From the NCBI GenBank assembly GCA_036499125.1, contig DASYEH010000014.1:187398-251397 (forward strand): a stretch of 64,000 bases of DNA, given 5' to 3'. The notes beneath the pieces were generated by a model. It was not told the DNA's origin, ran no database searches, and saw nothing but the letters and a program-made list of their open reading frames with translations. A program made the translations under genes and the position numbers. Each line of letters opens with the position of its first letter. Within the stretch, counting starts at the first letter, position 1. Of this stretch, positions 26,764 through 35,162 are shown piece by piece. The DNA is from Gemmatimonadales bacterium (GTDB taxonomy: Bacteria > Gemmatimonadota > Gemmatimonadetes > Gemmatimonadales > GWC2-71-9).

Positions 26764-29207
26764 TCAGTGGTCTCCTCGCGACCGCGCTTGGCACTGTCGC
26801 GCCGCTCGCCGCGCAGCGCGCCGACACCAGCACATTTCACCTGGATGTTGCCTCGATCATGCGGGGCGAAGAGACCGTCGGTCGCGAGCCCGCCAACATT
26901 CAGTGGAGTCCGGACTCCAAGTGGATCTATTTCCAGTGGGCACCGCCGGGTACTGACTGGCGCGCGCCCACGACGCCCTACCGCGTCCGCGCCGAGGCCG
27001 GTGCAGTTCCCGAGAAAGTCACCCGGCAGCAAGTCGATTCGATGAATCAGGTCACGCCATCGGGGTTGCTCTCGCATGATGGGCATTGGCGCGCAATGGC
27101 AACCAACGGGGATCTCTGGATCACCGACGCCGCTGGTGGTGCGCGGCGCCAGCTGACCAGCACCGTGCAGAACGAGCAGCCGCTCGGCTGGTCGCTTGAC
27201 GACGCCCGGCTGTTCTACCGGGTGGGTGATGCTGTATTCGCACTGACGCTTGCCAACGGATTCACGGATCAACTGGCGGAGATTCGCGCTGCGGCTAGCG
27301 ACTCTGCGTCGAACGGCACGACGCCGACTGGACGTGGTGGCCGGGGTGGCGCGCAACAGGGCGCGGCTGCGGCGTCGAGTCCGCAACGAGCGGCCCTCGC
27401 GCGCGATCAGCAGGAACTCTTCAATGTGTTGCACGACCGGGCCTATGCCGACTCATTGAGTGGCGGCGGACGGGGCGGGCGCGGTGGACGTGGCGGATTT
27501 GGCGGCGGCCGCGGCGGAGCGGGACCCAGCACAACCAGCAGCCTGCGACCGGTCATGTTGGCGCGGGGCGAACAGCTGCGTTCGCTCTGGGTCTCGCCGC
27601 GCGGTACCCAGATGCTTTTTACTGTCGGCACCGGCGCCGCCACCACGGCCACCGAGATTCCGACCTGGGTGACGGCGAGCGGCTACGTGACCGATCAGCA
27701 GGGACGATCGAAGGTTGGCGACGTGACCGGCACGCAACGGATGGGGCTGCTCGATTTCGCGACCAGCCGGGTGACCTGGCTGCAACCGATTGCGGGCGAC
27801 ACGTCGAGTCACTGGGCGCGACTCTCTTCGTTTGGATGGAATGACGCCGGTACCGCGGCGGTCGTTGTCGCGGAGCCGTCGAACTACAAGCTCCGGATGC
27901 TGGCGCGGCTCGACCCCGACGCCGCGCGCCTGGTGCCACTCGAGACGTTGCGCGACAGTGCCTGGGTCGGTGGGCCGTGTGAAGGATGCGGCGGCTGGCT
28001 GCCGGGCGATCAGGGACTCTGGTTTGTCAATGAATCCGATGGCTGGGCGCACGTCTACACGATGCACACTGATGGCTCGGCGCGGCGCCAGCTCACCAGC
28101 GGCAAATGGGAAGTGCTCACGGCCCGGCTCTCTCCTGACCGCAGCCACTTCGAGATGCACACCAGTGAGCCATCAGTGTATGAGCAGCATTTCTACACCA
28201 TGGCGCTCGACGGCAGTCAGCGGACCCGGTTGACCACCCGGCCCGGTTGGCACGACGTGACGGTGTCGCCTGACGGCAAGCTGCTGGCGGATGTCTATTC
28301 CTACAGCAACGTGCCGCCGGAGCTGTACGTGTCGGCCGCTGCTGAACATGCGGTAGCTGCCAGACTCACGACATCGCCGACCGCGGCGTGGGGCGCCCAC
28401 AAATGGCTCGCCCCTGACATCATCACGATCAAGGCGAGCGACGGCGTCGAGGTCCCTGCGCGTATCTACCGTCCAGAGCAACTCGGCGCGCATTCCAACG
28501 GCGCGGCAGTGCTCTTCGTGCACGGCGCTGGATATCTGCACAACGTCACGCGGGGCTGGTCGAGTTATTTCCGGGAGTATCAGTTCAACCAGCTCCTCGC
28601 GTCGCGCGGCTACCTGGTGCTTGACCTCGACTATCGTGGATCGGCCGGCTACGGACGCGATTGGCGCACGGCGATCTACCGCCACATGGGTGGTCGGGAC
28701 CTCGACGACTATGTCGACGCATCGAAATGGGTGACCGCGAAGTATGGTATTTCGGCCAAACATATCGGAATCTACGGCGGATCGTACGGCGGCTTCATGA
28801 CGCTGATGGCGCTCTTTACCAAGCCGGATTATTTCGGGGCAGGGGCGGCATTACGGGCGGTCTCGGACTGGGCACACTACAATCACGGCTATACCGCGCA
28901 GATTCTCAACCAGCCGCAGGACGACAGCATTGCCTACCATCAGTCCTCGCCGATCTTCTTCGCGGCGGGGCTGCGAGCGCCGTTGCTGATGGCGCACGGC
29001 ATGGTCGACAGCAACGTGGAGTTCGAGGATGCCGTGCGCCTGACGCAGCGGCTGATCGAGCTCGGCAAAGTCAACTGGTGGCTGGCGCCGTACCCGGTCG
29101 AAGATCACGGCTTCACCCGGCCCGATTCGTGGACCGACGAGTACACCCGAATCCTGACGTTGTTCAACGACTGGTTGCCGCGCGGGGCGATTCATCACGC
29201 CCCCTGA
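26736..29207 (+). CDS. Secreted S9-family serine peptidase (DPP-IV-like beta-propeller plus prolyl-oligopeptidase catalytic domain) with RGG-rich insert
   Basis: Signal peptide LISGLLATALGTVAPLAAQ and WSPDSKWIYF propeller motifs. Catalytic GGSYGGFMT, the Asp in MAHGMVDSNV, and the His in YPVEDHGF. Overlaps the pdxH end by 28 nt if ATG 26736 is used. Confidence 0.85.
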   Translation: MAPCSPRTLISGLLATALGTVAPLAAQRADTSTFHLDVASIMRGEETVGREPANIQWSPDSKWIYFQWAPPGTDWRAPTTPYRVRAEAGAVPEKVTRQQVDSMNQVTPSGLLSHDGHWRAMATNGDLWITDAAGGARRQLTSTVQNEQPLGWSLDDARLFYRVGDAVFALTLANGFTDQLAEIRAAASDSASNGTTPTGRGGRGGAQQGAAAASSPQRAALARDQQELFNVLHDRAYADSLSGGGRGGRGGRGGFGGGRGGAGPSTTSSLRPVMLARGEQLRSLWVSPRGTQMLFTVGTGAATTATEIPTWVTASGYVTDQQGRSKVGDVTGTQRMGLLDFATSRVTWLQPIAGDTSSHWARLSSFGWNDAGTAAVVVAEPSNYKLRMLARLDPDAARLVPLETLRDSAWVGGPCEGCGGWLPGDQGLWFVNESDGWAHVYTMHTDGSARRQLTSGKWEVLTARLSPDRSHFEMHTSEPSVYEQHFYTMALDGSQRTRLTTRPGWHDVTVSPDGKLLADVYSYSNVPPELYVSAAAEHAVAARLTTSPTAAWGAHKWLAPDIITIKASDGVEVPARIYRPEQLGAHSNGAAVLFVHGAGYLHNVTRGWSSYFREYQFNQLLASRGYLVLDLDYRGSAGYGRDWRTAIYRHMGGRDLDDYVDASKWVTAKYGISAKHIGIYGGSYGGFMTLMALFTKPDYFGAGAALRAVSDWAHYNHGYTAQILNQPQDDSIAYHQSSPIFFAAGLRAPLLMAHGMVDSNVEFEDAVRLTQRLIELGKVNWWLAPYPVEDHGFTRPDSWTDEYTRILTLFNDWLPRGAIHHAP

Positions 29208-29280
29208 CACGGCCTCGTCTCCCGCCGCGCTCCGTGGACAGCGGATCGCGGTCGCTGGCCTCGGGGCAAATGCCGCCCTG

Positions 29281-30117
29281 GTGTTGGCGAAAGGGATGGC
29301 GGGAATTCTCGGGCATTCATATGCCCTGGTAGCCGACGCGGCCGAATCCGCCGCGGATATCGGCGGCTCACTGGTGGTATGGGGTGGCCTTCGGGTCGCC
29401 GCGCGCTCGCCCGACTATGACCATCCCTACGGTCACGGCAAGGCGGAGGCGTTGTCGACGGCTGCGGTCGGCCTGATGCTGTGCGGCGCGGCGGCCGGTA
29501 TCGCACTCGAATCGGTCCTGGGAATCATCACGCCGCATGGGTCACCGGCGCCGTTCACGCTGGTGGTGCTCGTTGTTGTCATCCTGGTCAAGATTGTGCT
29601 CTTCCGGGTGACCATGCGGATCGCTCGCGATGTCCATAGCGGTGCGGTCGCGGCCGATGCGTGGCATCATCGCGCCGACGTGATCACTTCGTCGGCGGCC
29701 TTCATCGGCATTTCTGCCGCACTCGTCGGTGGGCCCGCCTGGGCATGGTGCGACGGCGCGGCGGGCGCGTTGGCGTCGATCGTGGTCTTTCTCAACGGGC
29801 TCTTTATCCTGCGGCCCGCCCTGCACGAGTTGATGGACGGCGCGCCCGATGTCGCAATGCTCGCGAGACTCTCGCGCGCAGCGGCGGATGTCCCCGGCGT
29901 TCGCCTGATCGAGCAGCTGAAAGCCCGCAAGCTCGGCACGCGTTACCTGGTCGACTTGCACGCGCAAGCTGATCCACGGATGTCGCTGGACGATGCCCAC
30001 GTGCTGAGCGGTTGCATCAAGTCAGCCATTCGGCATGCCGAGCCAGCGGTGCAGGATGTGCTCGTTCACATGGAGCCGTTTCACGGCGCTGTCGACCTTG
30101 CAGGCCCGATCCCGTGA
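29281..30117 (+). CDS. Cation diffusion facilitator (CDF) family metal efflux transporter; annotated start probably too short
   Basis: LVADAAESAADIGGS, HPYGHGKAE, AADAWHHRAD and the C-terminal cytoplasmic domain. TM1-like sequence (IAVAGLGANAALVLAKG) continues in frame upstream of GTG 29281, with no ATG/GTG/TTG available. Confidence 0.8.
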   Translation: MLAKGMAGILGHSYALVADAAESAADIGGSLVVWGGLRVAARSPDYDHPYGHGKAEALSTAAVGLMLCGAAAGIALESVLGIITPHGSPAPFTLVVLVVVILVKIVLFRVTMRIARDVHSGAVAADAWHHRADVITSSAAFIGISAALVGGPAWAWCDGAAGALASIVVFLNGLFILRPALHELMDGAPDVAMLARLSRAAADVPGVRLIEQLKARKLGTRYLVDLHAQADPRMSLDDAHVLSGCIKSAIRHAEPAVQDVLVHMEPFHGAVDLAGPIP

Positions 30118-31457
30118 ACGCGACGCGCGACGAAGCCGACCTTCCGGCTCGCGTCGCGCAGCGGCTCGCGCGGCTGGTCGGCCCATCTGAATCGTGCCTG
30201 CTGGCCGTCTCAGGCGGTCCCGATTCGCTGGCGCTCCTCGACCTTGTCCACCGTACCACGCCGTTACATGGCCGGCGGCTGGCGGTCGGCCACGTCGACC
30301 ATGGGATCAGTCCCGGTAGCGCCGCAGTTGCCCGCGAGGTTGCCCGTGCTGCGGTGGCCCGCGGACTCACGTTCCACATCCGCGCGCTCGGTCTGCCGGC
30401 GGGATCGTCGGAAACTGTGGCGCGCCGTGCGCGGCGCAGCGCGCTCCGCCAACTGCTTGCCGAGTCGGGGGCCGACATGATCGTGCTGGCGCATCACGCC
30501 GATGACCAGGCCGAGACGGTGCTGCTACGGCTGCTGCACGGAAGCGGCCCGGCAGGACTCGCGGCAATGGCGCCGCGGCGGGGAATCTGGGTTCGTCCGT
30601 TGCTCGGCGTCAGGCGTGCCGAGCTGGCAGCATATCTGGCGACCCGGGGCCTGTCGGCGTGGCACGATCCGGCCAATATTGATCCACGGCACCTTCGGTC
30701 GTGGCTCAGGGAGGCGGTGTTGCCTGTGGTCGCAGAACGGCTCCCGACCGTGATGGAGCGGCTGGTTCGGAGTGCGGATCTGGCGGCTTTGGCGCGAGCC
30801 GGCTGGCAGCAGGCGCTCGGTCAACTGGACGGTCTTGACGTGACTCGTGAATCCAATGGCATTTCCGTTGCTGCACCTGTGCTGCAAGGGTATCGTTCAC
30901 CCCTGCGGCACGCCGTTTTGGCGGCCCTTGGGCGCCGGGTGGGCGTCCTTTTGGGAGCGGGGCGGCTCCGGGCGGTGGATCGGCTGTTACGGGGTGTCGC
31001 GGGGAGCGGCCGAATCACGATTGCCCGTTCCTGGGAAGCGGAACTCTCGTTTGGTCGGCTGGCGTTTGTTGAAGCGCAGCCAGACGTGGACCCTTCGCCG
31101 CAGTTGCTGGTTGTCGGCGCGACGCTGACCATCGGGCGTGCCACTTTCCGGGTACGGGCGGCCAGCGCAGTCGAGCCGACGCGAGCGGGTTGGGCGGCCG
31201 ACCTGACGCCGGGAGCGTACGTCGTTCGTGCCTGGCGGCCTGGTGATCGGATTACGCCGCTCGGTGGGCGAGGGAGCCGGGCCGTTGCGGTGCTTTTGCG
31301 TGAGGCGGCGGTGCCGCCGTCCGCACGGCGCGGCCGGCTGGTCGTAGTGTCAGAGCAGGATGCAACCGTTGTGTGGGTTCCCGGCATCTGTCGTTCGGTT
31401 GCCGCGATTCCACCGGAAGGAACCGAGGCCTGGCATGTCGAGTGTGCTGTCTCCTGA
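30114..31457 (+). CDS. tilS: tRNA(Ile)-lysidine synthase
   Basis: GTGA overlap with the CDF stop. PP-loop LLAVSGGPDSLALLDL, HVDHG, HHADDQAETVLLRLL. Sits in the conserved tilS-hpt-ftsH order. Confidence 0.85.
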   Translation: MNATRDEADLPARVAQRLARLVGPSESCLLAVSGGPDSLALLDLVHRTTPLHGRRLAVGHVDHGISPGSAAVAREVARAAVARGLTFHIRALGLPAGSSETVARRARRSALRQLLAESGADMIVLAHHADDQAETVLLRLLHGSGPAGLAAMAPRRGIWVRPLLGVRRAELAAYLATRGLSAWHDPANIDPRHLRSWLREAVLPVVAERLPTVMERLVRSADLAALARAGWQQALGQLDGLDVTRESNGISVAAPVLQGYRSPLRHAVLAALGRRVGVLLGAGRLRAVDRLLRGVAGSGRITIARSWEAELSFGRLAFVEAQPDVDPSPQLLVVGATLTIGRATFRVRAASAVEPTRAGWAADLTPGAYVVRAWRPGDRITPLGGRGSRAVAVLLREAAVPPSARRGRLVVVSEQDATVVWVPGICRSVAAIPPEGTEAWHVECAVS

Positions 31458-31992
31458 GATGAAGCGCCGCACGGGCGGTCGCGAGGTGCGCGTCGTGATC
31501 GACGAAGCCACCATCGCGGGCCGCGTGCGCGAGCTCGGCCAGGAGATCACCGCCGCGTATCCGGACGGCGACCTGCTGGTGCTGGGTTTGCTCAAGGGGA
31601 GTTTCATCTTCCTGAGCGATGTCGTGCGGCAGATCGATCGCCCACTGCACATCGATTTTCTGGTAGCCAGCTCCTATGGTGCTGGTACTGTGTCGAGTGG
31701 TCACGTCCGCCTGTTGTACGATCCCGAAACGCCGCTGGAAGGGAAGCACTTGTTGATCGTTGAAGACATCATCGACAGCGGCCGCACGATGACCCGGATG
31801 CTCGAGTTGCTGGCGGGGCGTCATCCGGCGTCGCTGGCAGTGTGCGCCTTGCTGGACAAACAATTGTTGCCGGAGCCGATCCCTGCGATTCGCTGGGTCG
31901 GCTTTCCCGCGCCTCCTGCGTTCCTGGTCGGTTACGGCCTTGACCACGCGGAAGACTATCGCCATCTCCCGTTCATCGGTGACCTGATTTAA
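31435..31992 (+). CDS. hpt: Hypoxanthine phosphoribosyltransferase
   Basis: Internal ATG 31435 of ORF 31360..31992. LLVLGLLKGSFIFLSDL-type motif, PRPP loop LLIVEDIIDSGRTM, and GYGLDHAEDYRHLPFIG. Confidence 0.9.
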   Translation: MSSVLSPEMKRRTGGREVRVVIDEATIAGRVRELGQEITAAYPDGDLLVLGLLKGSFIFLSDVVRQIDRPLHIDFLVASSYGAGTVSSGHVRLLYDPETPLEGKHLLIVEDIIDSGRTMTRMLELLAGRHPASLAVCALLDKQLLPEPIPAIRWVGFPAPPAFLVGYGLDHAEDYRHLPFIGDLI

Positions 31993-33986
31993 TGCCAGAC
32001 CGCAACTTGACCCCGCCGCCCGCCAATCGCTGGAGTGGGGTGAGCAAGAACGTCGCCCTGTGGGTAGTGATTTCGCTGGTATGCATTGGGATCGCGAAGT
32101 ATTTCGCCGACCAGCATTCGCCAGTAGAGATTGCCTACACGGAGTTCAGCCATCAGCTCGACGCTGGCAACGTTGCCTCCGTCGAAATCATTGAAGGGAA
32201 GCTGGTGCACGGCGATTTCAAGACCGCCGTGGCCGAGCCGCCGGACAATCGCAGCACCAAGGAGTTCACGGTGCTGCTGCCGATTGCCAACTCCGAGGCC
32301 GAGCTGGCACGGTGGAAGGCCGCGGGCGTATCGACGATCAACGCGCGCGAACCGAAGGAGAACCTGCTGACCCTGCTGATCGCCGGGTTGCCGTGGATCG
32401 CCTTCATCGCGTTGTACTGGTTCCTCTTCCGCCAGATGCAGTCGGGTGGCAATCGCGCCTTTTCGTTTGGCAAGTCGAAAGCGAAGCTGCTCACGGGCGA
32501 CACGCCGAAGATCACCTTTGCTGACGTAGCAGGTGCCGACGAAGCCAAGGTCGAACTGCAGGAAGTGATCGAGTTCCTCAAGGACCCGCAGAAGTTCACG
32601 CGGCTCGGCGGGCGGTTGCCCAAGGGGGCGTTGCTGGTCGGCCCTCCGGGAACCGGCAAGACGCTGCTCGCCAAGGCGGTCGCGGGCGAAGCGGGACGGC
32701 CGTTCTTCTCGATGTCGGGTTCGGACTTTGTCGAGATGTTCGTCGGCGTCGGCGCGTCACGGGTGCGTGACCTCTTCGAGCAGGGCAAGGCGCATGCGCC
32801 GTGCATCATCTTCATTGATGAAATCGACGCCGTGGGCCGGCATCGCGGCGCGGGCCTCGGCGGTGGCCACGATGAGCGGGAACAGACCCTCAACCAGCTG
32901 CTGGTGGAGATGGACGGGTTTGAATCGAACGATGGCGTCATCCTGATTGCAGCGACCAATCGTCCCGACGTGCTCGATCCGGCGCTGCTGCGTCCGGGCC
33001 GGTTCGATCGGCAGATCGTGGTCGATGCGCCCGACGTGCGCGGCCGGGAAGGGATCCTGCGCGTGCACACCCGCAAGATCCCGCTGGCCGGCGACGTCAA
33101 CCTCGGCATCATCGCGAAAGGGACGCCGGGAATGGCCGGCGCCGACCTCGCGAACCTGGTCAATGAGGGCGCGCTGCTCGCGGCGCGGCGCAACAAGAGC
33201 GCCGTCGACATGAGTGACCTCGAAGAGGCCAAGGACAAGGTGATGCTCGGCGTCGAGCGTCGCTCCCTGGTGCTGACCGAAGAAGAGAAGCGGCTGACGG
33301 CATACCACGAGGCGGGGCACGCCGTCGTGGCAATGAAGACCGAGGGCAGTGACCCGGTACACAAGGTCACCATCATTCCGCGCGGCCGGGCACTCGGCCT
33401 CACCGCGTCGCTGCCGGAAACCGACCGCCACAACTACACCCGCGACTGGCTGATCGGCCGGCTGGCGATGTGCTTTGGCGGTCGCGCCGCTGAGGAGATC
33501 ATCTTCGGCAAGGGCGCCGTGACGACCGGCGCGGGCGGCGACATCCAGCAAGCGACCACGCTGGCGCGCCGCATGGTGATGGAGTATGGCATGAGCGAAT
33601 CGATCGGCATGATGGCGGTCGGTGAGCGCGAGCAGGAAGTCTTTCTCGGACGCGAGTTCGGCAGCCGGCGCGAGACGTCGGAACGGACCGCCGAGCTGGT
33701 GGACGAAGAGGTCAAGCGTTTCCTCGATGAAGCCTTTGCGACGGCAATGCGTCTGCTGCTCGAGTATCACGACCTGCTCGAACGGATTGCGCAGGCGTTG
33801 CTCGAGCGCGAGACGATTGATCGCGAAGATCTCGACCTGCTGGCGCGCAATCAGCCGTTGCCGCCGCGCATCTCGAATACGCCGCCGTCGAACGCGCCGC
33901 CTGCTGTTCCGGTCGGACGCGAGTCGCCGGCGCTGCGTTCACCGCCAATGCTGGGCGCACCACCGGCTGAACCCGCCGGCGCGTGA
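31992..33986 (+). CDS. ftsH: ATP-dependent zinc metalloprotease FtsH
   Basis: Two TM helices, [28 protein letters not shown], the SRH motif [20 protein letters not shown], and the zinc site HEAGHAV. Confidence 0.97.
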   Translation: MPDRNLTPPPANRWSGVSKNVALWVVISLVCIGIAKYFADQHSPVEIAYTEFSHQLDAGNVASVEIIEGKLVHGDFKTAVAEPPDNRSTKEFTVLLPIANSEAELARWKAAGVSTINAREPKENLLTLLIAGLPWIAFIALYWFLFRQMQSGGNRAFSFGKSKAKLLTGDTPKITFADVAGADEAKVELQEVIEFLKDPQKFTRLGGRLPKGALLVGPPGTGKTLLAKAVAGEAGRPFFSMSGSDFVEMFVGVGASRVRDLFEQGKAHAPCIIFIDEIDAVGRHRGAGLGGGHDEREQTLNQLLVEMDGFESNDGVILIAATNRPDVLDPALLRPGRFDRQIVVDAPDVRGREGILRVHTRKIPLAGDVNLGIIAKGTPGMAGADLANLVNEGALLAARRNKSAVDMSDLEEAKDKVMLGVERRSLVLTEEEKRLTAYHEAGHAVVAMKTEGSDPVHKVTIIPRGRALGLTASLPETDRHNYTRDWLIGRLAMCFGGRAAEEIIFGKGAVTTGAGGDIQQATTLARRMVMEYGMSESIGMMAVGEREQEVFLGREFGSRRETSERTAELVDEEVKRFLDEAFATAMRLLLEYHDLLERIAQALLERETIDREDLDLLARNQPLPPRISNTPPSNAPPAVPVGRESPALRSPPMLGAPPAEPAGA

Positions 33987-35161
33987 TCGTTCGTCCGCTT
34001 TCGGATCGTGCTGATGCGGTCCGCGACGCCCTCCTGTCCCACGGATGGGGGGGCGATTTCGCGCGCCTGACCGCGGATGGCCTGGCCACCAGCGCGGTGC
34101 ACGTCACCGGACTCGACACCGATGCCATCGAAGCGATGCTGGTGTTAGCGCCCAAGCTCGGACTGGAGCTGGTCACTGGCGATGACTGGATCCTGCTGGC
34201 CGGCGGGCGCTCGCGGTTGGGAGCGTTCGCTCGGCCGTGGATGCAACCCGAGGCAGTGCGCGAGCTGGCACACGCGGTCGGCGTTGCGATGCCAGCCGCG
34301 GAGCCACCGGCGTGGCAGCATGCCCGCGGCGCGCTGGTGATGAACCGGCCGTATCTGGTCGGTATTCTCAATGTCACGCCTGATTCCTTTTCCGACGGCG
34401 GCAGCCACTGGCTGGCCGCTGCGGCGTTGCGTCATGTGGACCTGTTGCTCACCGGTGGCGCTGCAATGATCGACATCGGCGGCGAGTCGACGCGCCCCGG
34501 GGCGCAGCCGGTGGACAGCGCAACGGAGCAGGAGCGGATCCTCCCGGTGTTGCGCGAAATCCTGGTGCGGCACCCGACTCTCGTGGTATCTGTCGATACC
34601 ATGCACGCCGACACTGCCCATGCGGCACTGGCATGCGGCGCGGCAGTGATCAATGACGTGACCGCGGGCCGTCACGACCCGGCGTTGCTGGGCGAAGTAG
34701 CGCAGAGCGGCGCCGGGCTCGTGCTGTCACATTCGCGTGGGGCGGCCGGTTCGCTCGCATCGTACGATCTGGCAGACTATCACGATGATGTGACCGGAGC
34801 GGTCGCGGGCGAACTGCAGCAGGCGGTGGCCGCAGCAACAGCATGCGGTGTGGATGCCGGGCACGTCGCGATTGACCCGGGGTTTGGCTTTGCCAAGACG
34901 GCATCGCAGAGCTTGACGATCCTGCAGCAACTGGACGGCATCGCAGCGATCGGGTTGCCGCTGATGGTCGGCCTTTCGCGCAAGCGCTTTCTCGGTGATG
35001 CAACCGGCCGCGAGGTAGATGACCGCGACCGCGCGACGGCCGCGGCGTGCGCGCTGGCGTACGAACGAGGCGCCAGGCTGTTCCGGGTCCACGATCCGGC
35101 CGCAGTCCGGGACGCGCTCGCTGTCGCTGCGGCGCTATCCGGTCAGTCCGCTGAGCAATAG
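33983..35161 (+). CDS. folP: Dihydropteroate synthase with an N-terminal extension of about 115 aa
   Basis: GTGA overlap with ftsH. The DHPS core starts at LVGILNVTPDSFSDGG (about 34347) and continues through IDIGGESTRPG, INDV, and GLSRKRFLG. Confidence 0.85.
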   Translation: MIVRPLSDRADAVRDALLSHGWGGDFARLTADGLATSAVHVTGLDTDAIEAMLVLAPKLGLELVTGDDWILLAGGRSRLGAFARPWMQPEAVRELAHAVGVAMPAAEPPAWQHARGALVMNRPYLVGILNVTPDSFSDGGSHWLAAAALRHVDLLLTGGAAMIDIGGESTRPGAQPVDSATEQERILPVLREILVRHPTLVVSVDTMHADTAHAALACGAAVINDVTAGRHDPALLGEVAQSGAGLVLSHSRGAAGSLASYDLADYHDDVTGAVAGELQQAVAAATACGVDAGHVAIDPGFGFAKTASQSLTILQQLDGIAAIGLPLMVGLSRKRFLGDATGREVDDRDRATAAACALAYERGARLFRVHDPAAVRDALAVAAALSGQSAEQ

Positions 35162-35162
35162 C

